Source: the human T2T-CHM13v2.0 reference genome, Homo sapiens
NCBI RefSeq assembly: GCF_009914755.1
Contig: NC_060928.1
Length of the DNA: 64,000 nucleotides
Strand: one strand, 5' to 3'
The notes under the pieces are model-generated. The model ran no database searches. It saw only the letters and a list, made by a program, of their open reading frames with translations, and was not told the origin of the DNA. A program made the position numbers and the translations under genes. This document shows positions 43,410-57,724 of this stretch, one piece after another (position 1 is the first letter of the stretch; each line of letters begins with the position of its first letter).

Positions 43410-46400
43410 TCATGTGTACATTGAACACTATCCTGAGTCAGGCATATAAGAAAGATGTTTGAAGACAATGCAGTGATATACTATTTTATGCATCAATAGA
43501 ATTTGGGAACAAGAAATGCATTTTTACGTGATATTTCACCTCTTCCAGCCAATTCTGCATATCTCACATTACTGAACGGAAAATAAACAATATTTCTCCC
43601 ACATTTACCTTTTAAGAGTTTGGTCACAGCAGCCTCACCAACTCTCCGAATAGAGGTTGCATGTATGGTAGAAAAAGACTGGACTGTTTCAGACAGAATT
43701 CCTCGGCACTCACAAGTTATATGGCCTGGCATCACATACTGGAGCCTGAGTTTATTAATCTGTAAAATACAGATGATATCTACAGTGGCATTATGAGAAA
43801 GAAAAGATTGGAAGTACTCATTCAATGTTAGCTCTTATTAAACTTGATTAAAGAAGTGGCTGTGAGTGATTGATCTGGCTGAACAAAACTAGATGGTTTG
43901 GAAAGTGTAAGCAGTTGATAGCTGCTCTGACCAAAGCAGTTGAGCCACCACATAGAAGTCGTGCTTATTGTGGAGGTTCGTGACAACACTGTAATGAAGG
44001 AATTTCTATCCAGATAGTTCTCATCTCCACTTTTCTTTTACTCATCCTCACATTTTAGTGACAAAATACCTGCCACAGGGTGGCTTTAGCTAAATATAGA
44101 TATAAAAATATAAATAGAATTTTCAAATGTCTGATAAGCTATCTTAATTGTTGGAGTTCTTTCTGCTTGTGTCTGATACATTTGCATGGTGTAAGCAGTC
44201 TTATGAGGGTGGTGTTAGAAAGCTGTAGGGCCCCTGAAAAGGTAGGGAGTGGTCCTTTACTTATGGTTGCCCTACCTTATTCCAAACACATTTGGGAGAA
44301 CAAAGGGTGAGGCATAAGGATGAAGTACATGTCACTCTAATTATAATCATGATAATAACTTTTATATATCACTTTACAGTTATAAAGATCTTTAACATAT
44401 CCTATAACAGTTGATCCACCCAACATCTATATAAAGTTTATATGGTAAATATAATTATGCCCACTTTTCAATTGAGGCAACTGAGGCTAAAAAGATTTAC
44501 TCCAAAACATAAAAGTAGTAATTAGTTTTGCCCACCTAAATTTCTTGTCTTCTATTAATTAACATTTTCCTCTGTACAGTCATTATAGGTTCTAATACAG
44601 AATTCACATCACAATGGCCAATGTGGCATGTGAGAAAAATAGAAGCTTGAAAAGAGAGAGCAAAAAATACTAAGAAATAATTTTATTATTTTCATCCAAG
44701 ATCCAGGAATCTGAAAGAGCCCCAAAACTCGTAAAAGTAGTGTGTAGCAGTGCAATTAGGAACTTCTAGTACTATGGGGAATAGCCATGGAGAAATGCCA
44801 CTTGCAGTGGAGTCACCCAGCAGACCACGAGGGAGAGATATGCCTGAGTTACATGATACATGTCTCAAGATAGTGAGGCCACCAAGTATCTGGGCTGTGA
44901 CCCAAGGTCGAGATCAGAAAATAATTATTCCTCTTGGAGAGACCTAAAACTCTTTGGTGAAAATAATCATTTGCTTACAAATAGGACACAATAAACCATT
45001 CAGGATCTGTTCTCAGGTACCTGAATAGGAATTCAAGGAAAAAAAGGACAGTAAACCCCTAAAAAGTAAATGGGCCATTTGTTCCATAGGTGCCTCTGGC
45101 ACAAGGGTTATGATCAAACCCTACATTAATATACAAAACTCTCTTTTCAATGGAGCCTCCATTGGGTCCATTAGCAATGAAAATCTTTTATTGTTTTGTA
45201 GTTATTGTATTTATCCTGGGTACTAATACAGAGATAGAAACAGGTTCACAGAAGTCTTGGGTCTGGTCTAATGACACATAGCTATTAACTAGAGAAGTCT
45301 TGATTTAAAATCAGGTGTTCTGACCCCACACCCTGTGTGTTTTTCCATGTTGTCTGCTCAAAACTGCTATTTATTTCCTAATGGGAGCATTTCAGTAATC
45401 AGGATTGTAATTTAATTTATTAGTTATAATAAATCAGTATTTTAATTTATTAGTTTATCATCAAATAGAGAACCTGAATTAAAGAATTATAGTGGATTTC
45501 ATTTGTATAAACTGGAAAGGGTTATGCCAGCTACTCTCAAAGTAGTATTTAATTGTAATAATTATAAAAACAACAAAACTTAAAAATCAAGTCATTCATA
45601 GAATTTTTTCTGCCTTATGTGTGATATATTTTTATGCCTGCTGAGACATATAATATCTTCTATAACAAATTTCTAAAATGAGCATTTGTTTTAATGAAAA
45701 CCTTATAATTTGCATTTTTCTTGAGAATGTCAATCTGGTGCAAAACAAAATAAACAAAACACCTGTTACATTAATGAAGGTGGGCCCCTGATTTTAGACT
45801 TTGTTAGTCTGATAACCCATCTAAAATTGCCCCCCTGTACTTGTCTACTTATGAACAACATACCTTTAAGACGGCACCAAATGCTATATTTGAAGTGCTC
45901 ATTTTCCGTCCTATTTAGAATTAATTTCTCTTTCTTATTTGTTCATTTACTTATTTTTAAATTGACAGATAACATTGTATGTTTTTTATTGTTTACACAC
46001 ATGTTGCTCTTCTTTGCATATATAGCCAATAGTGGAACTGATGGATCATACAGTAGTTCTATTTTTTAATTTTTTTTTGAGAAATCTTCATACTCTTTTC
46101 CATAATGGCTGTAGATATTTACATTCCCACCATGTGTATCAGTTCCCTTTTGGTCAACCTGCTTTAAAAAAAAATCTTTTTGACCTATCGGTTGTTTAGG
46201 AATGGCTGAAAAACCAGAGAAAATCAGGAGAAAATTAGAGGAGATAAGAAGAATAAGTGTGATACAATAACAAAGGATAAAGAGTAATATGATAAAAATG
46301 TAGAATATACACTGAATTAAGCAACAGAGAATCATCGGTGATCATGATAGGAAGAGGAACAGAGTAGTGGGATCATAAATCACCTGTCTGCGGGTTGGAG

Positions 46401-49400
46401 AACATGATGGAAGTGAGTAAATGGGACAAGTGAGTATCAACAATTTTTTCATGAGTTTATGGACGGGAAGAGAAGAGAGAGACAAGTCATCAACGTTTAT
46501 GGAGTTGATGAAGGATTTTTGTTTTCTTGTGGATGCGACAGTTTTCAGTATACTTAAAATAGTGTAACTAACCAGTAGATTGTCTGAGGTTGGGAGGTGA
46601 ATTGGACTCACATAATATTTGAATAATCGTGGATTCTAAACTACTAGGTTCACCCACATGAAATTACCTTTCACATAGGTCAAAAGTTGTCATTCACTGA
46701 CATTTTCATATGGTTCAATGTAACAGACTGGAAAACTTGGACACACTGTAGGCATCCACTTGAGAACATGAATGGATGCATGTAGGTTTGTTGATTCAAT
46801 ATCAGGAAGCTGAAGGAAATGTCATCTAATTCATCAATCATATTATCTCTTTGAAGTTGCAGAAAGATGAGATGGCAGGTGATGAGAACTGGAAATTTGA
46901 GGAAGCTGAATAAACTTGTTCAATGTGGAAAATAGTTTAAGGGAATGTAGTAGGAATGGTGGGCAGAATTGAGGACTTAGATGAAGAGGCACCTCCTCAA
47001 CATTTGTGTAGCATATGTTACACATGCTATACAAATACTACATTTCTGTAGCATTTCTCAGTGGTCTGAGCAGAGGTTAGCCATTTTTCAGATAGTTATG
47101 TCTTCCCTATATTTTAGCCAGTATGAAGAATAAAAGAGATACAGGGAGAGAGAATTTAGTGGAGTTCAAGACATAGTTAAAATTTTTGTTTAAATCATTA
47201 ACCTAAGGATCACAAGAAAAGCAAAGACGAGTGTGTGTGTGCGTGCACACACACACACACACACTGAGAGTGGCTCCTGATGGATATGAAGAATTCAAAG
47301 ATTAGAACAGTGCATTAGTAAAAAAATAAAAATAAAAAACCTTGATGCATTGTAAGTAACTAAGATTGCTACAAAGGAAGGTTAGAATAGTGACAAAGTC
47401 CAAAGTTATGATTCAGATAGAATAATTCCAAATCATCACAAAGTCCAGGGTGTGCAGAGAAGAGTATTTTTGGAAGAGAAAATTATAGAGATAAGAAGTT
47501 GAAGGAAATAAATGACTAAGATGTCGAACATCAACCACAAAAGCACTGATGCTATCTAGGGTAAGTGTAGGAGTTGTATTAGAAAAAGAAATAGAGAAGC
47601 AAGTGTCAGAGTCTCCAGTAAATGGAAAGCATAACTCTGGGGTCCATAAGGACAGCAATGAGTAAAGAAAAAGGGTGGACAGAATAATTGTACGAACCTC
47701 AACAAAACAAGGCAGTTTTACAAGGGTGTGAAGAGTAATAGTCCAAGATGGCATGGAGGAGAAAGACTAAGTCTTCAATTCTGAGGTATCTTGAAGTATG
47801 GGAGAATGAGAAACCCTTATTCCAATTATCCAGGGGTATAGAGAATAGTCAACGAAAAAATAAATTTGGAATATAGTTTATTAACCAGGAATGACATTTC
47901 AAGAACAGTAAAAGTGTTTGTGCCAAAAAGAATTTATCCTAAGGAAACAATTTTGAATGTGCACAGCAATTAGCCAGAGGAAAGGCCATTATTACAGATA
48001 ATAATGTTTCCAGAACATTCATAAGTGCAGTACTGACTTCTATGTGTGTCAATTTTACCAAGATGCAAAAATTTAAAAATAACATGTTTAAAGATTATCA
48101 TAACATTTTCCTGTAAAAATACTTAACATTAGATTAATACAGATTGGTTTATATCTTGTTAAGTCTTATTCAAAAATATATATGAAGAAAAAAGAAAATC
48201 TAAATTATATATGTATATATATGTATGTACGTATATGTTCTGATAAAACTTTCATTGCATTTTTAAACTTGGAATTGTGCTACTTCAGAGATACTAATTA
48301 TTCTTATTCAGTTTTGGGACCATCTGTCTTTTCTCTCCTTTTTTTTTTTTTTTTTTTGGCATATACTCCTAGTCCTACACTAACAGTGCTAAACTTCTAC
48401 AGATCAAAACACTATCATAGAAGATGAAGGTAGTCTCTCATTTAAATGACAAATTTGGTTGCGAAATTACAATCAATAGACTCTGTTTTCTGCATTTACA
48501 TGTTTTCAATTGGCAAAGTTCTTTTATTCTCACTATCATAAAATCAAAACTTGACTTTAATAGTCAATATGGGAAATAACCTAAAATTCAGTGATAGATG
48601 TTACTACATGAAAAGAGACTCTAATATATTTCTGTGTAAGGCAAAGAGAAATGTAAAACTACTCAGGACCCCACTGCAGGACTTTAATCTCAGGAATCTA
48701 TTCCACAATTACTCATTTGTAGAAAAATATAATGACTAAATACTGTCTATTAAATGTAATATAAATAAAGACTAAAGATTAAATACTATAAATGTATTTA
48801 CATGTATATACATCATTATATTTAAATACAGAGTGGCTTCCTAGAAAATTAAACAAAATATTTCTGTGTAAAAAAGAGTCTTTCAAGATAGTATTGAAAT
48901 CCATTTTAGTCAAGTGGAGAAGACTCAGACAACCAGGAGCAGATAAGTTATTGGCTGAAAATTAAATGGTACCAAACAAATTTGAAGAACAATTAAATGC
49001 TTCAACTAATATATATGGGCCAAGCATTCTACTAAGTGCTGAAATGTACAACAAGGAATAAAATTGTCTTTTTCACATTACTTAGAGATGAAAAAAACTA
49101 ATAAATAAAGATGTTTGTGTATTCCAAATGAGGAAAACCCTCTGAGAGCTATTTACACTGAGGCATTGATTATCAATGGTAAGAGTAGAGATGGCTTTTC
49201 AACAATGCTTCCTCTACCCATAACACTACTCTCATCCCTCACATTCCTCTGAGCCATAAAACCAAAGAAAACCAAACTCAATGTTTCAAAAAAGATATAA
49301 ACTAGTCATACTGATTTATCTGCATAGAGAATGGGAATGCGGAGTTTTCAAAAAGATTTAGGACCAGGAGAAGATAACTTTAAAAATCTTGAAAGGTAAC

Positions 49401-50125
49401 AGAAATGCAGAAGTTTAAATGAGTTCTTGGGCTATTGACCAGCCATAGATCTTTTGCTTTTCCCAGATTTTTATTCCACTCTACTTTTCCTTTCTCTTTC
49501 TATTTATGTAACTTTCATTTGTTTCTTTACACTTCTGGTATGTCTCTTTTTCCTTGAACTAGCCATTCTACAGAATTGACATTCACATAACCCTCAAAGA
49601 ACTGTGTTTTTCACTCCTATGCCCCCCCAACCTGCCCATCACCACAGTGGCAAGAATGGTGCTGGAACATAATAGAACTTGAATAAAGGCATGACTATTA
49701 AAGATATTAAAGAGATAAAAAGGACTAAATTATTTTTATTGGTATGACATAATCAGCTTTTTCCTTACAGATTAGAGATCATTTTAAGTAAAAATAAAAA
49801 TAATAATAAATAAAAATAATTGTTTCTATTACTGTCCATTTTAAAAGTAAATCTTAATGTGTTAAGTGTGGAAAGTGTTTTTTGGTTATTTGTTTTTAAC
49901 AACCTAAATCTTAATTTGTGACTTTAAGATGAGCAGGTGAAAGAGGAACATTTTTAATGATCGTACTGAGTAAAATCTGTTAGGAGGACTGTGATCTAGA
50001 GATCCATACATTTAATTGAATTTTATATATAGAAATATTATTAACAATGGAAAAACAAAGTGCAACTCTGGTTAAACACCACTAGAAAAGATATTGGTAA
50101 TTCCCTCATCATCCTGAGTAATTTT

Positions 50126-50491
50126 TGTCAGGCCTCTGAGCCCAAGCCTGCACATATACATCCAGATGGCCTGAAGTAACTGAAGAATCACAAAAGAAGT
50201 GAAAATGGCTGGTTCCTGCCTTAACTGATGACATTACCTTGTGAAATTCCTTCTCCTGGCTCAGAGGCTCCCCCACTGAGCACCTTGTGACCCCCTCCCC
50301 TGTCCGCCGGAGAACAACCCCCTTTGACTATAATTTTCCACTACCTACCCAAATCTTATAAAATGGCCCCACCCCTATCTCTCTTTGCTGACTCTCTTTT
50401 TGGACTCATCCTCCTGCACCCAGGCGATTAAAAAGCTTTATTGCTCACACAAAGCCTGTTTGGTGGTCTCTTCACATGGACGCACATGACA
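50126..50491 (+). promoter_or_regulatory. HERV-H 5' LTR
   Basis: tgtcaggcctctgagcccaagc...catgaca; TATAAAA at ~50357; ATTAAA polyA signal. Confidence 0.93.
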
Positions 50492-50493
50492 TT

Positions 50494-50511
50494 TGGTGCT
50501 GTGACTCAGAT
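50494..50511 (+). other. Primer binding site (tRNA-His)
   Basis: tggtgctgtgactcagat vs consensus TGGTGCCGTGACTCGGAT (two CpG-type changes). Confidence 0.88.
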
Positions 50512-53500
50512 CGGGGGACCTCCCTCGGGAGATCAATCCCCTGTCCTCCTGCTATTTGCTCCATGAGAAAGATCCACCTACGACATCGAATCCTCAGACC
50601 AACCAGCCCAAGGAACATCTCACCAATTTTAAATCAGGTAAGCAGCTTCTTTTTACTCTCTTCTCCAACCTCTCTCACTATCCCTCAACTTCTTTCTCCT
50701 TTCAATTTCTGTGTCACCCTTCAATCTCTCCCTTCATTTCAATCCCTTTCCTTTTCTGGTAGAGACAGAGGAGACACGTTTTATCTGTGAACCCAAAACT
50801 CCAGCGCCAGTCATGGACTTGGGAAGACAGTCTTCGCTTGGTGTTTAATGACTGAGGGGATGCCTGCTTGATTATTCACCCACGTTTCAGAGGTGTCTGA
50901 TCACTGTGGGGACGCCTGCCTTGATCCTTCACCCTTAGTGGCAAGTATCACTTTCCTGGGGGGGGGGCAAGCACCCCCCACCCCTTATCTCTGTGTCTCT
51001 ACCCTCTCTTTACTCTGGGCTTATCTCCTTCACTATGGGCAACCTTCCACCCTCCATTCCTCCATCCTCTCCCTTAGCCTGTGTTCTCAAGAACTTAAAA
51101 CCTCTTCAACTCACACCTGACCTAAAACCTAAACACCTTATTTTCTTCTGCAATGCTGCTTAACCCCAACACAAACTCGACAATGGTTCCAAATAGCCAG
51201 AAAATGGCACTTTTGATTTTTACATCCTACAAGATCTAGATAATTCTTGTCATAAAATGGGCAAATGGTCTGAGGTGCCTGACGTCCAGGCATTCTTTTA
51301 CACATCAGTCTCTTCCTAATCTCTGCTCCCAGTGCGACTCATCCCAAACCTTTCTTCTTTCCCTCCCACCTGTCCCCACAGTCCCAACCCCAAGCGTTGC
51401 TTTCAATCTTCCTTTTCTACCGACCCATCTGACCTCTCCCTTCATCCCAAGATTGCTCCTCCTCAGGTAACTCCCCGCCAGGCTGAGTCAGGCTCCAATT
51501 CTTCCTCAGCTTCCGCTCCTCCACCCTATAATCCTTCTATCACCTCCTCTCCCCACACCCAGTCTGGCTTACAGTTTTGTTCCGCGACTAGCCCTCCCCC
51601 ACCTCCCAACAATTTCCTTTTAAAAATGGTGGCTAGAGCTAAAGGCATAGTCAAGGTTAATGCTCCTTTTTCTTTATCCGACCTCTCCCAAATCAGTTAG
51701 CATTTAGGCTTTTTTTCGTCAAATATGAAAACCCAGCCCAGTGCATGGCTCATTTGGCAGCAACCCTGAGACGCTTTACAGCCCTAGACCCTGAAAGGTC
51801 AGAAGGCCGTCTCATTCTAAATATGCATTTTATTACCCAATCTGCTCCCAACATTAAATAAAGCTCCAAAAATTAGATTCTGGCCCTCAAACCCCACAAC
51901 AGGACTTAACCTCTCCTTCAAGGTGTACAATAATAGAGAAGAGTTGCAATTACTTGCCTCTTCTCTGAGAGAAAGCCTAGCCACATCTCCAGCACACAAG
52001 AACTTCAAAATGCCTAAACCACAGTGGCCAGGTGTTCCTTCAGGACTTCATCCCTCAGGATCTTGCTTCACGTGCTGGAAATCTGGCCACTGGGCCAAGG
52101 AATGCCTGTGGCCCGGGATCCCTCCTAAGCTGTATCCCATCTATGAGGGACTCCACTGGAAATCGGACTGTCCAACTCACCTGGCAACCACTCCCAGAGC
52201 CCCTGGAACTCTGGCCCAAGACTCTCTGACTGACTCCTTCCCAGATCTTCTCAGCTTAGCAGCTGAAGACTGAAGCTGCCCGATCACCTCAGAAGCCTCC
52301 TGGACCATCAAAGATGCTTTAGGTAACTCTTACAGTGGAGGGTAAGTCCGTCCCCTTCTTAATCAATACAGAGGCTACCCACTCCACATTACCTTCTTTT
52401 CATGGGCCTGTTTCCTTTGCCTCCATAACTGTTGTGAGTATTGATGGCCAGGCTTCTAAACCTCTTAAAACTCCCCAACTCTGGTGCCAACTAGGACAAC
52501 ATTCTTTTATGCACTCCCTTTTAGTTATCCCCACCTGCCCAGTTCCCTTATTAGGCTGAGACATTTTAACTAAATTATCTGCTTCCCTGACTATTACTGG
52601 GCTACAGCCACACCTCATTGCCACTCTTTTCCCCAGTTCAAAGCCTCCTTCGCATCCTCCCCTTGTATCTCCCCATCTTAATCCACAGGTATGGGATGCC
52701 TCTACTCCCTCCCTGGCAACCACACGCCCATTACTATCCCATTAAAACCTAATAACCCTTACCCCACTCAATGCCAATGCCAATATCCATCCCACAGGAG
52801 GCTTTAAAAGGATTAAAGCCTGTTATCACTCGCCTGTTACAGCATGGCCTTTTAAAGCCTATAAACTCTCCCTACAATTCCCCCATTTTACCTGTCCAAA
52901 AACTGGACAAATCTTACAGGTTAGTTCAGGATCTGCACCTTATCAACTAAATTGTTTTGCCTATCCACCCTGTGGTGCCTAACACATACACTCTTTTGTC
53001 CTCAATACCTTCCTCCACAACTCACTATTCCATTCTTGATCTTAAAGATGCTTTTTTCACTATTCCCCTGTACCCCTTGTCCCAGCCTCTCTTTGCTTTT
53101 ACCTGGACTAACCCTGACACCCATCAGTCCCAGCAGCTTACCTGGGGTGTACTACCACAAGGCTTCAGGGACAGCCCTCATTACTTCAGCCAAGCTCTTT
53201 CTCATAATTTACTTTCTTTCCACCCCTCTGCTTCTCACCTTATTCAAAATATTGATGGCCTTCTACTTTGTAGCTCCTGCTTTGAATCTTCTCAACAAGA
53301 CACCCTCCTGCTCCTTCAACACTTATTCTCCAAGGGATATCCAGTATCCCCCTCCAAAGCTCAAATTTCTTCTCTGTTACCTACCTCGGCATAATTCTTC
53401 ATAAAAACACACATACCCTCCCTGCCAATCATGTCTGACTGATGTCTCAAACCCCAACCCCTTCTACAAAACAACTCCTTTCCTTCCTGGGCATGGTTAG

Positions 53501-56382
53501 ATACTTTTGCCTTTGGATATCTGGTTTTGCCATCTTAACAAAACCGTTATATAAACTCACAAAAGGAAACCTAGCTGACCCCGTAGATCCTAAATCTTTT
53601 CCCCACTCCTCCTTTCATTCCTTGAAGACAGCTTTAGAGACTGCTCCCACACTAGCTCTTCCTGACTCATCCCAACCCTCTTCATTACACACAGTGGAAG
53701 TGCAGGGCTATGCAGTGGGAATTCTTACACAAGGACTGGGACCGCACCCTGTAGCCTTTTTGTCCAAACATCTTGACCTTACTGTTTTAGGCTGGCCATC
53801 ATGTCTCCATGCAGCAGCTGCCACTGCCCTAATACTTTTAAAGGCCCTCAAAATCACAAACTATATTCAACTCATTCTCTACAGTTCTCATAACTTCCAA
53901 AATCTGTTTTCTTTCTCACACCTGATGCATATACTTTCTGCTCCCCGGCTCCTTCAGCTATATTCACTCTTTGTTGAGTCTCCCACAATTACCATTGTTC
54001 CTGGCCTGGACTTCAATCCAGCCTCCCACATTATTCCGGATACCACACCTGACCCCCATGACTATATCTCTCTGATCCACCTGACATTCACTTCACTTCT
54101 CCATATTTCCTTCTTTCCTGTTCCTCACCCTGATCACACTTGGTTTATTGATGGCAGTTCCACCAGGCCTAATTGCCACTCACCAGCAAAGGCAGGCTAT
54201 GCTATAGTATCTTCCACATCTATCATTGAGGCTACTGCTCTGCCCCCCTCCACTACCTGTCAGCAAGCCGAACTCATTGCCTTAACTTGAGCCCTCACTC
54301 TTGCAAAGGGACTATGCATCAATATTTATACTGACTCCAAATATGCCTTCCGTATCTTTCACCACCATGCTGTTATATGGGCAGAAAGAGGTTTCCTCAC
54401 TACACAAGCGTCCTCCATCATTAATGCCTCTTTAATAAAAACTTTACTTACAAAGGAAGCTGGAGTCATTCACTGCAAGGGCCATCAAAAGGTATCAGAT
54501 CCCATCACTCAGGGCAATGCTTATGCTGATAAGGTAGCTAAAGAAGCAGCTAGCATTCCAACTTCTGTCTCTCATGGCCAGTTTTTCTCCTTCTCATTGT
54601 TCACTCCCACCTACTCTTTCACTGAAACTTCCACCTATCAATCTCTTCCCACACAAGGCAAATGGTTCTTGGACCAAAGGAAATATCTCCTTCCAGCCTC
54701 ACAGGCCCATTCTATTCTGTTGTCATTTCATAACCTCTTCCACGTAGGTTACAAGCCGCTAGCCTGCCTCTCAGAGCCTCTCATTTCCTTTCCATCGTGG
54801 ACACCTATCCTCAAGGAAATCACTTCTCAGTGTTCTATCTGCTATTCTACTGCTCCTCAGGGATTGTTCAGGCCCCCTCCCTTCCCTACACATCAAGCTC
54901 GGGGATTTGCCCCTGCCCAGGACTGGTAACCTGACTTTACTCACATGCCCTGAGTCAAGAAACTAAAATACCTCTTAGTCTAGGTAGACACTTTCACTGA
55001 ATGGGTAGAGGCCTTTCCCACAGGGTCTGAGAAGGCCACCACGGTCATTTCTTCCCTTCTGTCAGAAGTAATTCCTCGGTTTGGCCTTCCTACCTCTATA
55101 CAGTCTGATAACAAACCAGCCTTTATTAGTCAAATCACCCAAGCAGTTTCTCAGGCTCTCAGTATTCAGTGAAACCTTCATACCCCTTACCGTTCTCAAT
55201 CTTGAGGAAAGGTAAAACGGACTAATGGTCTTTTAAAAACACACCTCACCAAGCTCAGCCTTCAACTTAAAAAGGACTGGGCAATACTTTTACCACTTGC
55301 CCTTCTCAGAATTCGGGCCTGTCCTCGGGATGCTACAGGGTGCAACCCATTTGAATTCCTGTACGAACGCTCCTTTTTATTAGGCCCTGGTCTCATTCCA
55401 GATACCAACCCAACTTGGACTGCGCCCCAAAAACTTGTCATCCCTACTATCTTCTGTCTAGTCATACTCCTATTCACTATTCTCAACTACTCTTAAATGC
55501 CCTGCTCTTGTTTACACTGCCAGTTTACACTGTTTCTCCAAGCCATCACAGCTAATATCTCCTGGTGCTATCTCCAAACCGCCACTCTTAACTGCCTCTT
55601 AGAGTGGACAGATGATCTTTGCTGACAAGGTACACTACAATACTCTCACCCTGATGAAATCCTATTCTTTACTTTTATACTCACTGTTATTCTTGTTCCT
55701 GTTCTTATGCCACCCTCTACCTCTCCCCAGCTATCTCCACCACACTATCAATCTCACTCACTCTCTCCTAGCCATTTCTAATCCTTCTTTAACGAACAAT
55801 TGCTGGCTTTGCATTTCTCTTTCCTCCAAAATCTCGGAGGCCTCGACTTACTCACTGCTAAAAAAAAAGAGGACTCTGTATGTTTTTAAGTGAAAAGTGT
55901 TGTTTTTACCTAAATCAATCTGGCCTGGTGTATGACAACATAAAAAAAACTCAAGGATAGAGCCCAGAAACTCACCAACCAAGCAAGTAATTACGCTGAA
56001 CCCCCTTGGGCACTCTCTAATTGGATGTCCTGGGTCCTCCCAATTCTTAGTCCTTTAATACCTGTTTTTCTCTTTCTCTTATTCAGACCTTGTGTCTTTC
56101 ATTTAGTTTCTCAATTCATACAAAACCATATCCAGGCCATCACGCATCATTCTATATGACAAATGTTTCTTCTAACAACCCCACAATATCACCCCTTACC
56201 ACAAAATCTTCCTTCAGCTTAATCTCTCCCACTCTAGGTTCCCATGCCACCCCAATCCCACTCGAAGCAGCCCTGAGAAACATCATCCATTATCTCTCCA
56301 TACCACCCCCAAAAATTTTCGCTGCCCCAACACTTTACCACTATTTCGTTTTATTTTTCTTATTAATATAAGAAGACAGGAG

Positions 56383-56756
56383 TGTCAGGCCTCTGAGCCC
56401 AAGCCTGCACATATACATCCAGATGGCCTAAAGGCCTAAAAGTAACTGAAGAATCACAGAAGAAGTGAAAATGGCCGGTTCCTGCCTTAACTGATGACAT
56501 TACCTTGTGAAATTCCTTCTCCTGGCTCAGAGGCTCCCCCACTGAGCACCTTGTGACCCCCACCCCTGCCTGCCAGAGAACAACCCCCTTTGACTATAAT
56601 TTTCCACTACCTACCCAAATCCTATAAAATGGCCCCACCCCATCTCCCTTCACTGACTCTCTTTTTGGACACAGCCCGCCTGCAACTAGGTGATTAAAAA
56701 CTTTATTGCTCACACAAAGCCTGTTTGGTGGTCTCTTCACACAGATGCACGTGAAA
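56383..56756 (+). promoter_or_regulatory. HERV-H 3' LTR
   Basis: Follows the PPT aagaagacaggag; direct repeat of the 5' LTR; CCTATAAAA box retained. Confidence 0.93.
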
Positions 56757-56807
56757 TTTGTATTAATTAACCTCATCTTTGTAGATGAAAAATTAATGTT
56801 CAATAAA

Positions 56808-57082
56808 GTATAATCCCAACACTTTAGAAGGTCGAGGCAGGAGGATCACTTGAGCCCAGGAGTTCAAGACCAGACTGGGCAAAATAGGGAGACCTCTCTC
56901 TCTACAAAAAATTCAAAAATTAGCCTGGTGTGGTGGTGCATGCCTATAGTCCCAGTTACTCGGAGGCTGAGGTGATAGCATTGCTGGAGCCTGGGAGGTC
57001 AAGGCTGCAGTGAGCCATGATCATGGCGCTGCACTCCGGCAAAAGACCAAGACCCTGTCTCAAATAAATAAATACATAAATA
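56808..57082 (+). mobile_element. AluJ-like, 5'-truncated
   Basis: taatcccaacactttag...gaccctgtctcaaataaataaa. Confidence 0.85.
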
Positions 57083-57724
57083 AAAGATTTATTTTCTATA
57101 AACGTCCTTCCAAATCTATTAAAATACAAAAAATCTTAAGATCCTTTATTTGCTTTTCACTCTTTATATTCTTATGTACAAATTACTTATATTGCTCTTT
57201 AATTTTTTTATCTTAAAAGGCAAATGATTTATCAGAGTATTAAAATCTGTATTTTTTTGAAGTTTTAGTTATATTTATCAATTGCAGAATGAGGGTTAAA
57301 ATACAATACTTCCTATTCCTTGCTCCATTCTATTCCTATACCAGTCACCTCAGGCTTTCTATTTTTCCTCCCTCTCTTTGTGATCATGGCATCCTTACAA
57401 TAAACTTTTCAACTAAAATCCAATGTGTTACTTTTCAAATCCTAAATATAAAATTATTAGCCTGGTTTCTCAAAATAAAGACTAACATTACTTTATGTTT
57501 TCCAACAAAAGTGAAGGGGGAAAAAAGTTTAGATTCCCAATCTGAATAATTTCCAATTTGCATTGGGGAAACCACAAATATGAAACAAATCTTTCGCTTC
57601 CGGGAAAATGGCGACTCCCGCTCGTGCCCCGGAGTCACCGCCGTCCGAGGTCATCCGGCGCTAGTAGCGGAGCCTGCCGAGGAAGCCGAGTGCCCGCCGC
57701 CGCGCCAGCCTCAGCCCGCGCAGA

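Larger units (their letters stand above)
50126..56756 (+). mobile_element. HERV-H provirus (LTR7-family LTRs, defective gag-pro-pol, env remnant)
   Basis: Two homologous LTRs; tRNA-His PBS; gag CCHC CFTCWKSGHWAKEC; RT LDLKDAFF and LPQGFRDSP; RNase H WFIDGSS; integrase GFAPAQDW; PPT. All ORFs are broken. Confidence 0.97.

Noticed and set aside
52957-54290. HERV-H pol ORFs as a functional enzyme
   Set aside because: The YxDD motif reads NIDG, the protease DTG reads NTE, and there are multiple stops and frameshifts.
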